64,000 bases of DNA from Planctomycetota bacterium (GCA_016722065.1 JADKGX010000002.1:202256-266255); one strand, 5' to 3'. Numbered from the stretch's first letter, positions 9,546-19,068 are shown. The notes: generated from the sequence alone by a model not told the origin. A program made the numbers and translations.

Positions 9546-10586
9546 CTAGTCTTGCGGGTCTGGGTCGTTTTCTTTGCCGGCCTGGGGGTCGCGGTCGCCG
9601 TGATAAAACTGGCGGTGCTTGCGCCATGGCGGCATGTCGCCAAAGGTCTTGGGGTCGCTGCTTGCGGTTTCCATCGACGCGCGCGCCTGCGACGAAAGCC
9701 GTCGCAGTTGCTCGCCTGCCCGCAGCATGGAGGGCCCGGAAACCTGGCCCGCCAGTGAACTCAAGGCGCTGTCCAGCTTGCCCAGGTCTTTGGCCACATC
9801 GGCCACCAATTTGCCTGCTTTGTCGATCTGGGGCTCGGCTTGCGCCACCTGTTTGTTCAGGTCGGCGATTTGCGCCGGCGTGCTGGAAACAGCATCTGCC
9901 ACCTGGCGGCGCAGGGCCTGCAGGCGGTCTATCGCGTCCACCAGTGCCTGGTTGATCGCGGCCAGGTTCAACTTGTCTTCTGCCAGGCGCTGGTTGATGT
10001 CCTCAATGCGTTTTGCGAATTCGGCCACGCCCTTGGTCACCCGTTCAATCATCGGGCCGTCCAAAATGGCCAGCACCTGGTCTATGTAGACATTGAACTC
10101 GTCCAGTTTCTCGCGGGCCTCGGTCATCAGGTCCTTGGCCACTTCGCTGCGGGCGTCTTTGACCTCTCCGCCGGATGGAATCATGTGGGCGGTGTCTTTA
10201 CCCACGGCTATCGATATCTGTGTGTTACCGCGCAGTTTGGGCGTGGTGATCTGCAGTGCGGTGTCGCCGGGCAGGCCGTCGAAGTCCTTGAGCCACTGGG
10301 AGCCTTCCCCTGGCGCAATCACAAACTCCACGCGCACACGGGCCTGGCCGTTGTACTGCACCAGCGCCAGATCGGTCACGGTGCCGGCGCGGCGACCCTT
10401 GATGCGCACGGTGTCACCCACCTTCAGGCCGCCGGCGTTTTCAAAATACGCGACATAGCTGGCCCGCACTTCGGGTGCGGGTTTGAAAAGCGCCCGCCCG
10501 CCAAAAAACAACGCCAGTGCCGCGACCAGCGCCAGAACCACCCAGCCGGTCAAGCGATTGACGCCTTTGTCAGCCGGGTTGCTCAC
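9546..10586 (-). CDS. MlaD/MCE-domain protein with long C-terminal helical region (paralog 1)
   Basis: N-terminal TM, then an MCE core YVAYFENAGGLKVGDTVRIKGRRAGTVTDL. 4-nt overlap with mlaF (10583-10586). Confidence 0.85.
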   Translation of the reverse strand: MSNPADKGVNRLTGWVVLALVAALALFFGGRALFKPAPEVRASYVAYFENAGGLKVGDTVRIKGRRAGTVTDLALVQYNGQARVRVEFVIAPGEGSQWLKDFDGLPGDTALQITTPKLRGNTQISIAVGKDTAHMIPSGGEVKDARSEVAKDLMTEAREKLDEFNVYIDQVLAILDGPMIERVTKGVAEFAKRIEDINQRLAEDKLNLAAINQALVDAIDRLQALRRQVADAVSSTPAQIADLNKQVAQAEPQIDKAGKLVADVAKDLGKLDSALSSLAGQVSGPSMLRAGEQLRRLSSQARASMETASSDPKTFGDMPPWRKHRQFYHGDRDPQAGKENDPDPQD

Positions 10587-11458
10587 TTGGCGGGTTCCTT
10601 GCGTTTGCTGCCGGCGATCAGCCTTTCCGAAAGATCCGCCAATTGCCGCGGGGCGTTGATCGGGCCTTCCGGGTCGCCGTTGATAAACTGGCGCACCATG
10701 GGCGCGTTGCTGTTGCGAAGATCCTGGGGCGTGCCGCGAAAGACAATACGACCGCCGTACAACATCAGCACTTCGTCGGCGATTCGGAAAATGCTGGGCA
10801 TTTCGTGGGTGATGACAACGCTGGTGATACCCAGTTTGGCCGTCAGGTCGCGAATCAACTTGTCGATCACGCCGATCATGACGGGGTCCAGGCCGGCGCT
10901 GGGTTCGTCATAGAACACAATCGCCGGGTCCAGCGCAATCGCGCGGGCCAGGCCGGCGCGCTTCTTCATGCCGCCACTGATTTCGTAGGGGTATTTGTCT
11001 GCGGCCTCGCCCATGCCCACGAGTTCCAGTTTCAGGCGCACCATCAGGTCAATCGTGCTTTGGGGCAGGTCGGTGTGGCGTTGAATGGGCAAGGCCACAT
11101 TCTGGGCCACGGTTAAGCCATTGAGCAGCGCTGCGCTTTGAAACAGCACGCCATATTTGCGCTTGGCTTCTTCGCGCTGGCGGGGGTTGGCGCTTTGAAT
11201 GTCCATGCCATCAATCAGCACCTGGCCTGAATCCTGTTCCTCAGCGCCGATCATGTGCCGCAGCAGCGTGCTTTTGCCGCAGCCGCTGGGGCCCATCACC
11301 ACGTAGACCCGCCCGCGTTCGAGATCGAACGACATGTTGTCGATGACCTTGTTGTCGCCATAGGCCTTGCTGAGGTTGCGCACGCTGATGGCAGGCCCCA
11401 CCGAAACCGGGGTTCCGTCGGAGCGCGTTTCCGCCATGTTGGAGTGTTCGGGGCTCAA
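10583..11458 (-). CDS. mlaF: ABC transporter ATP-binding protein, MlaF-like
   Basis: Walker A GPSGCGKST, signature ISGGMKKRAGLARA, Walker B IVFYDEPSAGLD. 4-nt overlaps with both neighbours. Confidence 0.9.
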   Translation of the reverse strand: MSPEHSNMAETRSDGTPVSVGPAISVRNLSKAYGDNKVIDNMSFDLERGRVYVVMGPSGCGKSTLLRHMIGAEEQDSGQVLIDGMDIQSANPRQREEAKRKYGVLFQSAALLNGLTVAQNVALPIQRHTDLPQSTIDLMVRLKLELVGMGEAADKYPYEISGGMKKRAGLARAIALDPAIVFYDEPSAGLDPVMIGVIDKLIRDLTAKLGITSVVITHEMPSIFRIADEVLMLYGGRIVFRGTPQDLRNSNAPMVRQFINGDPEGPINAPRQLADLSERLIAGSKRKEPAK

Positions 11459-12276
11459 GAGACGATCCCCATGCGGAACAGGAAGTTGTAGACCAGCGAC
11501 ATCACGGTATCGGAAAGAATGATCAGAATCAGGCAGATCACAATCGCCTGCATGGTGGCGCGGCCTACTTCAATGCCGCTGCCCTTGGCGTGGAATCCCT
11601 TGAAGCAGCACACCAGTGTGATCAGCCAGGCAAACAGCACGCTTTTGGCCAGGCCAAAAGTGAAGTCCGACATCTTGACGAACTGCTTGGTTATGTTGAA
11701 CCAGTCCTCGCTGGGAATGTTGAACTGGTGTATGCCCACAAAGTACCCGCCAGCCAGCGCCGCCAGGTCAAACAACACCGTGCAGGCCGGCAGCATGATG
11801 CACGCCGCCAGAAACCGCGGCGCCACAAGATAGCCCACGGGGTTGATGCCCATGGTTTCAAGGGCCAGAATTTCTTCACTGACGGCCATCGTACCCAGCT
11901 CCGCCGTGAAACCTGCCCCTACGCGGCCAGCGAAAATGATTGCCGCCAGCAGCGGGCCCAGTGTGCGCAGCACCGAGACGCCCACCACACCGGCCACCAG
12001 CTCCGGGGGGCCATAACGCGACAAGGACGGCGTCATTTGAATCACCAGCGACGCCCCCACCATGGCACCCAGCAGCACCATGATGGCGGTACTGCGCGCA
12101 CCGGTGTAATCCATCTGCACAATCAGGTCGCGGCGGGGGTAGATGCGCCGGTTGAACAACCCGCGAAAGCCATACCCGACGGCCACCAGCCCAAAGCGCA
12201 CGGCAGCCCCAAGGTCCCGAAGCTGCCGGTTTACCAGGCCACCCAACGCGCCTACGGGGTCTGCAAACAACGCCAT
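11455..12276 (-). CDS. mlaE: ABC transporter permease, MlaE-like
   Basis: Multi-TM permease of about 270 aa at the head of the mlaF/MCE operon. ATG (cat 12274-12276). Confidence 0.85.
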   Translation of the reverse strand: MALFADPVGALGGLVNRQLRDLGAAVRFGLVAVGYGFRGLFNRRIYPRRDLIVQMDYTGARSTAIMVLLGAMVGASLVIQMTPSLSRYGPPELVAGVVGVSVLRTLGPLLAAIIFAGRVGAGFTAELGTMAVSEEILALETMGINPVGYLVAPRFLAACIMLPACTVLFDLAALAGGYFVGIHQFNIPSEDWFNITKQFVKMSDFTFGLAKSVLFAWLITLVCCFKGFHAKGSGIEVGRATMQAIVICLILIILSDTVMSLVYNFLFRMGIVS

Positions 12277-12510
12277 AGTGTTCCGTTACATCCATCCGGG
12301 CAGGCACAGGAAATGCCTGCGACAAACGCCCGGCTGTGCATGGTCTAGATACGAAAAACGACGCCGCAAATCCCTACCTGTCCCGTGTTTCCGCAATTGC
12401 GGGGCCGACATCATGCGACAAGCCTGCCCGGCTGGCAACGCCGCGGCCAGCGGCCCGCGCTTGCAGCAGCCTTTCTGATTTTCCGATTTCCAAGACGCGG
12501 GTTGTGGGCC

Positions 12511-13035
12511 ATGCTTCCGGCCATGCCCTTTTTGCGACCCACGGACCCGCCCGCCAAGGACCTGCTGAAGCCCCCGGTGTTCCTGGGCAGCCTGATGTTG
12601 AGCGGGTTTGCGCCAATATTGCGCGGCACAAGCGGCACGATTGTAGCGACCATTCCGGCCTTCTTTCTGCTGGGGCGGCCCTTTGCCGAACAGATGGGGT
12701 TGTGGGTCGGCTTTGCACTTGCCTACTCACTACTTAGCCTGATCGTCGGTACCGCGGTGTTGCGCACTTATCCGGCCATCAAGGACCCGGGCTGGTTCGT
12801 CCTGGATGAAGGGGCGGGAATTTTCCTGACTCTGGCGCTTTTTCAGGCCGCGAGCCCCTTGGACATTTGCTTCGCGTTTCTAACATTCCGTCTTTACGAT
12901 ATGTGCAAGCCATGGCCTGTACGGACTTTCGAACGCTTCCCGCGTGCCTGGGGCATCCTTGCGGATGACTTGGCTGCAGGGGTGATGGCTGCACTGACAT
13001 GCTGGGGACTGCGCTGGGTGTGGCAGTTTCTTTAG
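12511..13035 (+). CDS. pgpA: phosphatidylglycerophosphatase A
   Basis: GFAPILRGTSGTIVA and FRLYDMCKPWPVRTFER...GILADDLAAGVMAA match the PgpA family pattern. ATG at 12511. The upstream part of the track ORF looks non-coding. Confidence 0.8.
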   Translation: MLPAMPFLRPTDPPAKDLLKPPVFLGSLMLSGFAPILRGTSGTIVATIPAFFLLGRPFAEQMGLWVGFALAYSLLSLIVGTAVLRTYPAIKDPGWFVLDEGAGIFLTLALFQAASPLDICFAFLTFRLYDMCKPWPVRTFERFPRAWGILADDLAAGVMAALTCWGLRWVWQFL

Positions 13036-13053
13036 GGTGAGCAAGGGAATTTC

Positions 13054-15271
13054 ATGGCCGTGAACCCGAAACCACCGTCTTCAGGCGCCACCCGGCGCAT
13101 GATGACTCCTCCGCCCGCTGGCGCGGCACGCAAGTCTACAGGCAGCATGCCTGCAGCCACGCCGCACGGTTCAGGCCAGATGCAGCCAGTGAAAGCACCG
13201 GGCGCGATTGCGCCGCCACCGCCGGCCGCTGCTTCGGGTGCCCAGCCGGCACAGGGCACGCCAGGCAAGCTGCAGCCCCGGGCGATTCAAAAGCCCAAGA
13301 CCCAGGGCCTGCCCATCAAGACCAAGATCGTAATTTCGATGATCGGGCTGGCTGTGGGTGTATCGTTGATGTTGTTCGTGATTGTCATGGTGATTGCCAC
13401 CAAAAGCCTGGATGCAACGATTGAGCAATCCGGTCTGGGCATGTTGCAGCAAGCGGAAGCGATTCACCGCCCCTATCGCGCCGGCCTGAACGAAAAGGGC
13501 CTGATTTCGTACTTCAGCCAGCCCAACAACCGGCGCGAGAAGTTCGACGCCTATTGGAAGCAGTTGTACCCGTGGTTCGACAAGAACCGCATTCTGCCCT
13601 GCAGCGAGTTTGCCAACTGGGACCAGTTGTCCGACGACCGCGTGTGGGTGATCGTGGCGGCTGCGATTCTGGACTCGCCGGCGCCGATTCCGCCTGACGT
13701 GCGCCTTTCCATATTGGGCGATCCGGGTCGTACGCTCGAAAACCTTGCTGCCGGCCAGACATTACCTGAGCCACGTTCGCCCCGGCGCATCAACGACGAC
13801 GCCATGGAGGCCAACAAGGGCCGCTTTGAATCGTTGTTCCGCAAGTATTCGCTGGATGCCCGCGACAACACCTTTGCCGACCTGCGCGCCGGCATCAACA
13901 AGGAAACCCTGGCCAAGATCATTGAGGGCGGTGGCGGTCTGCGCCGCAAGATATTCTACGAGTTCCACACCGACTTCGTGGCCGACCTGCAAAAACTGAC
14001 CGATGCCGACGGCAGCCAAGTCAAGTACATCATCTTTGAAATTCCTGATGGCACACTGCCCCAGTTCACCAGCAAAGACTTGAACGTGATCAGCCCGCCA
14101 ACCGGCAAGATCGGCCTGACCAACAGCAATTCCAAGCGCACGGTTGGCGCCGCGGAAATCGACACCGGCGCGATGGTGGGCGATGCCGAGGCTTATAGTT
14201 TCTCGACCAAAACCAAAGTCGGCGACACGATCACGATCTATCTGGACCGCAAGGAAATCGAATCGCGCAAGACGACGCTGCTGCTTTCCATCATGGGCAT
14301 ATCCGGGCTGGCCATCGGCCTTGCCGTGGCGCTGGCGTTCTTGATTGGCGGCAGCATCACCAAGCCGCTGGAAACGCTGATGACCGATATCCAGATCATC
14401 AGCGGTGGCAACTTTGACCACAAGCCGCTGGCCCGCAGTGCCGACGAAATCGGCATTGTTTCGCGGCTGCTGGGTGACATGGCGGCCGGCCTGAAAGCCG
14501 CGCAGGATGTCTGGCTGGAAAACCAGGGCCGTAAACACGACCTGGACATCGCCAAAGAGATTCAAGAGAACCTGCTGCCCAAGCATGTGCCCAGAATCGC
14601 GGGGTACGACGTCAGCGCGTACTATTCGCCCAGCAAGGAAGTCGGCGGCGACTATTACGACTTCTTCCTGGTCGACAAGACGCACCTGGGCATGGTCTGT
14701 GCCGACGTTTCCGGCAAGGGCATTCCGGGCAGCATGGTCATGATGATGGCCAAGGCGCTGGTCAGCTATGAAGCCAGAGAGCAACCTTTCGCCGCGCGAC
14801 ATTTTCTGCAAGGTCAACCGCACGCTGGCCAAGGACATCAAGCGCGGCATGTTCGTGACCGCCTTCTATATGCTTCTGGATATCCCCACGGCGCGGTTGA
14901 CTGTGGCCAGCGCCGGCCACAACCCGCTGCTGCTGTACCGGGCCGCGACCAAGCAATGCACGCAGATCAACCCGGGCGGCATCGCGCTGGGCTTTGACAA
15001 AGACGGCCGCCTGTTTGAACGCAACATGAAGGAAGAAGTGATTCAGCTTCAGCGTGGCGACCGTGCCATCATCTATACCGACGGCGTGACAGAGGCGATG
15101 GGCCCGGGCAACGAGGAATTTGGCGAAGAACGCCTGATGGCCATCACCGTGCGCTGCGCCACCAAGTCGTCCACGGAGTACTTGACGGAACTGGTCAACG
15201 AGATTCAGAACTTTGCCCAGGCCGACGAACAGCACGACGACATCACCATAGTCACGCTCAAGGTTGGATAA
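13054..15271 (+). pseudogene. TM-sensor-TM-HAMP-PP2C (RsbU/SpoIIE-type) serine phosphatase, interrupted by a 1-nt frame break near 14776 (or an assembly error)
   Basis: Frame 1 (13054..14997) carries two TMs, a HAMP domain, GGDYYDF and CADVSGKGIPGS. Frame 2 (14768..15271) carries SAGHNP, YTDGVTEA and HDDITIVTLKV. The join lies at GCC-AGAGAG-C (14773-14782). Confidence 0.75.
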
Positions 15272-15335
15272 GCGCTAAGACGGGGCAGTGGTTGCAGGGC
15301 ACCAGGGACGGTTGGAAACAGCTTAGGGGCAAGGG

Positions 15336-15785
15336 ATGTCAGATTCTCGCCTGACCGAAAGGCTGGAAGTTGCCGCGCACACCAAGAACCTGGCGGTGGT
15401 GCGTGAATTCCTGCATGCGGCCATCAAGCGCAGCATGCTGCCCACAACCGATGTCAACAAGGTGGTGCTGGCCGTAGACGAAGCTGTGGCCAACACCATT
15501 CAGCACGGTTACGAAGGCCGCGACCCCGGCACCGTGGAAGTCCTGATCGACGCTGATGCCGAACGTTTCAGTGTGCGCGTGCGCGACAGCGGCATCAGCT
15601 ACGACACCGCCAAGGGTTCCGCCGACAAAGCCGAACTGGACCTGCAAAAGCACATCGCCAGCGGCAACAAGCGCGGGCTGGGCCTGTTCATCATGCGCAA
15701 GGTGATGGACGAGGTCAGCTATTCCTCGCGCGAAGGCGAGCAAAACGAACTGACACTGGTGAAGTACATCAAGGCCCGAAGTTAG
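15336..15785 (+). CDS. anti-sigma-factor-type serine kinase (RsbW/SpoIIAB-like, HATPase_c)
   Basis: N-box DEAVANTIQHG, G1 RDSGISYD, G2 GLGLFIMRKVMDEV. 149 aa. Confidence 0.85.
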   Translation: MSDSRLTERLEVAAHTKNLAVVREFLHAAIKRSMLPTTDVNKVVLAVDEAVANTIQHGYEGRDPGTVEVLIDADAERFSVRVRDSGISYDTAKGSADKAELDLQKHIASGNKRGLGLFIMRKVMDEVSYSSREGEQNELTLVKYIKARS

Positions 15786-15807
15786 GCCAATGCGACACTT
15801 TGGTTTC

Positions 15808-15835
15808 TTGCAACTGCACAATTTGACCTTATAAG
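15808..15835 (+). promoter_or_regulatory. sigma70-like promoter TTGCAA-16nt-TATAAG upstream of the STAS gene
   Basis: TTGCAA at 15808-15813 and TATAAG at 15830-15835. The ATG at 15846 is only about 10 nt downstream and has no obvious SD. Confidence 0.35.
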
Positions 15836-15845
15836 ACTGGCCCAC

Positions 15846-16196
15846 ATGCGTGAGTTTGAAATCAACCTGGAAGCCCTGGCCAACAACGTGACGCTGATTC
15901 ACGTGGCGGGTTGGCTTGACGCCCACACGTTTGAGTACATGGAACAGACCATCAACAACCTGTTCGATGAAGGCAAAGTGCGCCTGGCCGTAGACCTTGG
16001 AAGCGTCGAGTACATTTCGTCCGCCGGTGCTGGCGTGTTTATCGGCACCCTTTCGGCCAGCCACGAACGTGGCGGCGATATCGTGCTGATGAACCCCACC
16101 GAGCCCGTGCGCGAGGTATTCGACATGCTGGGGCTAAGCCAGGTGTTCAAGTTCGCCCAGACACCCGCCGAAGCCCTGAAGCTGCTCAAGAAGTAG
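15846..16196 (+). CDS. STAS-domain anti-sigma-factor antagonist (RsbV/SpoIIAA-like)
   Basis: 116 aa. Contains VDLGSVEYISSAGAGVF with the conserved phosphorylatable Ser context. Confidence 0.85.
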   Translation: MREFEINLEALANNVTLIHVAGWLDAHTFEYMEQTINNLFDEGKVRLAVDLGSVEYISSAGAGVFIGTLSASHERGGDIVLMNPTEPVREVFDMLGLSQVFKFAQTPAEALKLLKK

Positions 16197-16197
16197 C

Positions 16198-16224
16198 AAG
16201 TCGGGCGAAGCTTCCGCCCGACTT
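16198..16224. terminator. stem-loop between convergent genes
   Basis: aagtcgggcg (16198-16207) pairs with cgcccgactt (16215-16224). 7-nt loop. Confidence 0.5.
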
Positions 16225-16274
16225 TCGCGATCAATTTGTCTGTAACCAACGCCCTTGTCCGGCCACACAGGCTG

Positions 16275-17459
16275 CTAGCGGCCCTTGCCGGGCAGCGTGC
16301 TGTTGGCGCCCGGCGCTTGCCAGGTGCCGCTAACCACATCCTGCATCTTCAACAGGTCTGAACCCAGGAACTGAAACTTCTTGCCCGTCGCAATGAAGGC
16401 CGTCAGGTCAAAGATCACGCTGGTGTTCATGATGTGTTCTTCATTCGTGATTGCCGCCGGCAGCGCAAACGCCCCCGCCTGCAAACCAAGCCCGTAGCCC
16501 ATCAAGTGGCAGCCAATCACGGACAAGTAATAGCTGTAGGTCACGCCGTCGTTGATGTTGGTCGTGCTGGCCTGGCCGGCGGTAGTCTGCTGCCAGTTGT
16601 CAGAAAAACGCGTCATGTACACGCCGCCGTCGGCTGAAATGGGCCCGCCGCCACCAAAGTAATCAGGCACCGGCACGCCAACAAGGGTTCCGGCGTTGGT
16701 TTCAATGGACAGGTTCTGGCCGGGGGGTTCACGCCATGCCGTGCCGATCAACCCCGCCGGTGCGGCGTTGGGGGTGGCAATCCACTGCAACACGTTGGCA
16801 ATCGGGGCCAGCACGCGCGGCAAACCGTTGGCGCCAAATGTGGCCGGGTCGCCTACTTCCTGTTGGGCGGATGTCGGTGGGTTAGCCTGCAACAACGGGC
16901 TGAGGCCTGCCGTGCCCTGGGAAAGCTCGTGAATCGAAATCGGCATGCTGGCATAGCCCGCGCTTTCGTAGGTCACGGGCGCCTGGTTGGGCACCACGGA
17001 AGCCAGCACCGCGCCATTGATGTCGCGCAGGAACCACTGGTTTTGCAGGCTGAGCGTCCAGGCCGCAATGTTCTCCGCCGCGCTGGGGTTGGGTGGCGTT
17101 GTGTTGATGCTGGGGTGGGGCCAGCCTGCGCCTGGGGTTTTGTACTGGTCGTGCACAAAGGTCCAGGCGCCCATGGGGTTGGCCGGGTCCATGGCCTGGG
17201 GCCACAGGTCGTTGCCGGGCGAGGGTTGCTCGGTGAAGGTCTGCCAGACCAGGTTGATGCCCGTCCATTTGGTGATGTCGAGAACCGGGTCTCCGGTAAC
17301 CGGGTCGGGCGTCTCCGATGGCAAGTTGTAGTGAACGACCGGCGTCTTGCGGATGTCAAGCTGAGACAGGTCCTTCTGGCCATTGAAGGTAATGCCATTG
17401 GACCCGCAGCCGGCAATCAAGCAGGCTAAGGCCAAGAATGATGGAAAGGCGAACTTCAT
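16275..17459 (-). CDS. hypothetical lipoprotein (no recognisable domain)
   Basis: Signal and lipobox MKFAFPSFLALACLIAGCGS. 394 aa, protein-like composition. SD-like TGAGG upstream. Confidence 0.7.
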   Translation of the reverse strand: MKFAFPSFLALACLIAGCGSNGITFNGQKDLSQLDIRKTPVVHYNLPSETPDPVTGDPVLDITKWTGINLVWQTFTEQPSPGNDLWPQAMDPANPMGAWTFVHDQYKTPGAGWPHPSINTTPPNPSAAENIAAWTLSLQNQWFLRDINGAVLASVVPNQAPVTYESAGYASMPISIHELSQGTAGLSPLLQANPPTSAQQEVGDPATFGANGLPRVLAPIANVLQWIATPNAAPAGLIGTAWREPPGQNLSIETNAGTLVGVPVPDYFGGGGPISADGGVYMTRFSDNWQQTTAGQASTTNINDGVTYSYYLSVIGCHLMGYGLGLQAGAFALPAAITNEEHIMNTSVIFDLTAFIATGKKFQFLGSDLLKMQDVVSGTWQAPGANSTLPGKGR

Positions 17460-17708
17460 GGTTTAGCCTCAAGGGGGGTGTCAGGCCCGGGGTTTCCGTA
17501 CAACGCTTAGCGTGCTGCGTGCCAATCATCAAAATGCCTATGTTATGGTGAATCCCCCGCCAGCAGGCTCCAATCCAACACATTGCACTGTATTGAATAT
17601 ACTCAACCGGCAACTGGAACCCCAACTTCGTTACCATGAAGTAGATTGCCGGCAGGCCGGCAATGGCGGCTGGAATATCGGGCTGATTCGGCTAACGTCC
17701 GCGCACCC

Positions 17709-19046
17709 ATGGCCAAGATCGAACCACGCATTCTCAAGGGCTTTCGCGATTACCTGCCCGAGGTAATGGTGCCGCGCGTGCGTCTGCTGCGGGCCATTTC
17801 AAGCGTGTTTGAACGCTTCGGCTTTGAACCGCTGGATACGCCAAGCCTGGAATACGCCGAAATCCTGCTGGGCAAACTTGGCCCTGAGGCCGAAAAGCTG
17901 TTTTACCGCTTCAAGGATGCCGGCGACCGCGATGTGGCCCTGCGATATGAGTTGACCATCAGCCTGGCCCGCGTAGTCGCGCAGTACCGCGACCTGCCGC
18001 GTCCCTTCAAGCGTTATCAGATGGGCCCGGTGTGGCGTGCCGAAAGCCCGGCACGAGGGCGGTTTCGCGAGTTCTGGCAGTGTGACGTCGACATCGTCGG
18101 CAGCCAGAGCCTGCTGGCCGACGCAGAGTGCATCGTGATCGATCATGCTGTGATGACCGCCGTCGGCGCGCCCAACTACCGCATTCGCTTCAACAACCGC
18201 AAGCTGTTTCGCGGCCTGCAGGCGCGGGCCGGCATTAGCGATAGTTTAGCCATGGATGCCGTAATGCGCGCCGTGGACAAAGTCGACAAGATCGGCGTCG
18301 ACGCCGTGCGCAAAGAGCTGGCCGAAGGCGGCTTGGCTGAAGCCCCATTGCAGGTGGTGATGGACTTTCTGGACTTGGCGGCAATGCCAATGCCCAACGC
18401 TGCCCGCATCGCTGCGGCCCGCGAGTTTGTGGGCGGCAATGAACAGGGCGCCAAAGGCTGTGACGAGTTGCAGCAGGTCTATCAAGCCGCCCTGCAACTG
18501 GGCGTGCCTGATAGCGTGATGCAGATCGACACCACGATTGTTCGCGGTCTGGACTACTACACCGGCACAGTGTTTGAAACCTTCCTGACTGACCTGCCGG
18601 GTTTTGGCAGCGTGATGTCGGGCGGACGTTACGACGGCTTGATTGGCTTGTTCACCAATGAAGAAATCCCGGCCGTGGGCATCAGCGTGGGCATTGACCG
18701 GCTGATTGCCGCCCTTGAGGAACTGCAAAAGCTGCCGCCGGGCCGGGCCAGCGCCCAGGTGCTGGTGACTATCTTTGATGAATCCAGCACGGCCTATTCC
18801 CAGCAGGTTGCCCGCGAACTTCGCAATGCGGACATCAATGCCGAGCTATGGCTGGAACCAGGGGCCAAGCTTCAAAAGCAGCTCAAGTACGCCGAACGCA
18901 AGGGTATCGCACAGGTGATTGTAGCTGGCCCCGCCGAGGCCGCGGCAGGGACAGTCAACCTGAAGACGCTTGCCACCCGCGAGCAAGTAACCCTCAAGCT
19001 GTCAGAGCTCGCCCAGGTGATGCAAGCACCCCGCGAACAGCACTAA
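17709..19046 (+). CDS. hisS: histidine--tRNA ligase
   Basis: MAKIEPRILKGFRDYLP, class II motifs (FRYE-like RYELTISLAR, GGRYDGL), anticodon-binding C-terminus. ATG at 17709. Confidence 0.9.
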   Translation: MAKIEPRILKGFRDYLPEVMVPRVRLLRAISSVFERFGFEPLDTPSLEYAEILLGKLGPEAEKLFYRFKDAGDRDVALRYELTISLARVVAQYRDLPRPFKRYQMGPVWRAESPARGRFREFWQCDVDIVGSQSLLADAECIVIDHAVMTAVGAPNYRIRFNNRKLFRGLQARAGISDSLAMDAVMRAVDKVDKIGVDAVRKELAEGGLAEAPLQVVMDFLDLAAMPMPNAARIAAAREFVGGNEQGAKGCDELQQVYQAALQLGVPDSVMQIDTTIVRGLDYYTGTVFETFLTDLPGFGSVMSGGRYDGLIGLFTNEEIPAVGISVGIDRLIAALEELQKLPPGRASAQVLVTIFDESSTAYSQQVARELRNADINAELWLEPGAKLQKQLKYAERKGIAQVIVAGPAEAAAGTVNLKTLATREQVTLKLSELAQVMQAPREQH

Positions 19047-19051
19047 ATGAT

Positions 19052-19068
19052 GCGGGCTCCCCGCCCGC
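19052..19068. terminator. short stem-loop between convergent genes
   Basis: gcgggc-tcccc-gcccgc, immediately after the hisS stop. Confidence 0.35.
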
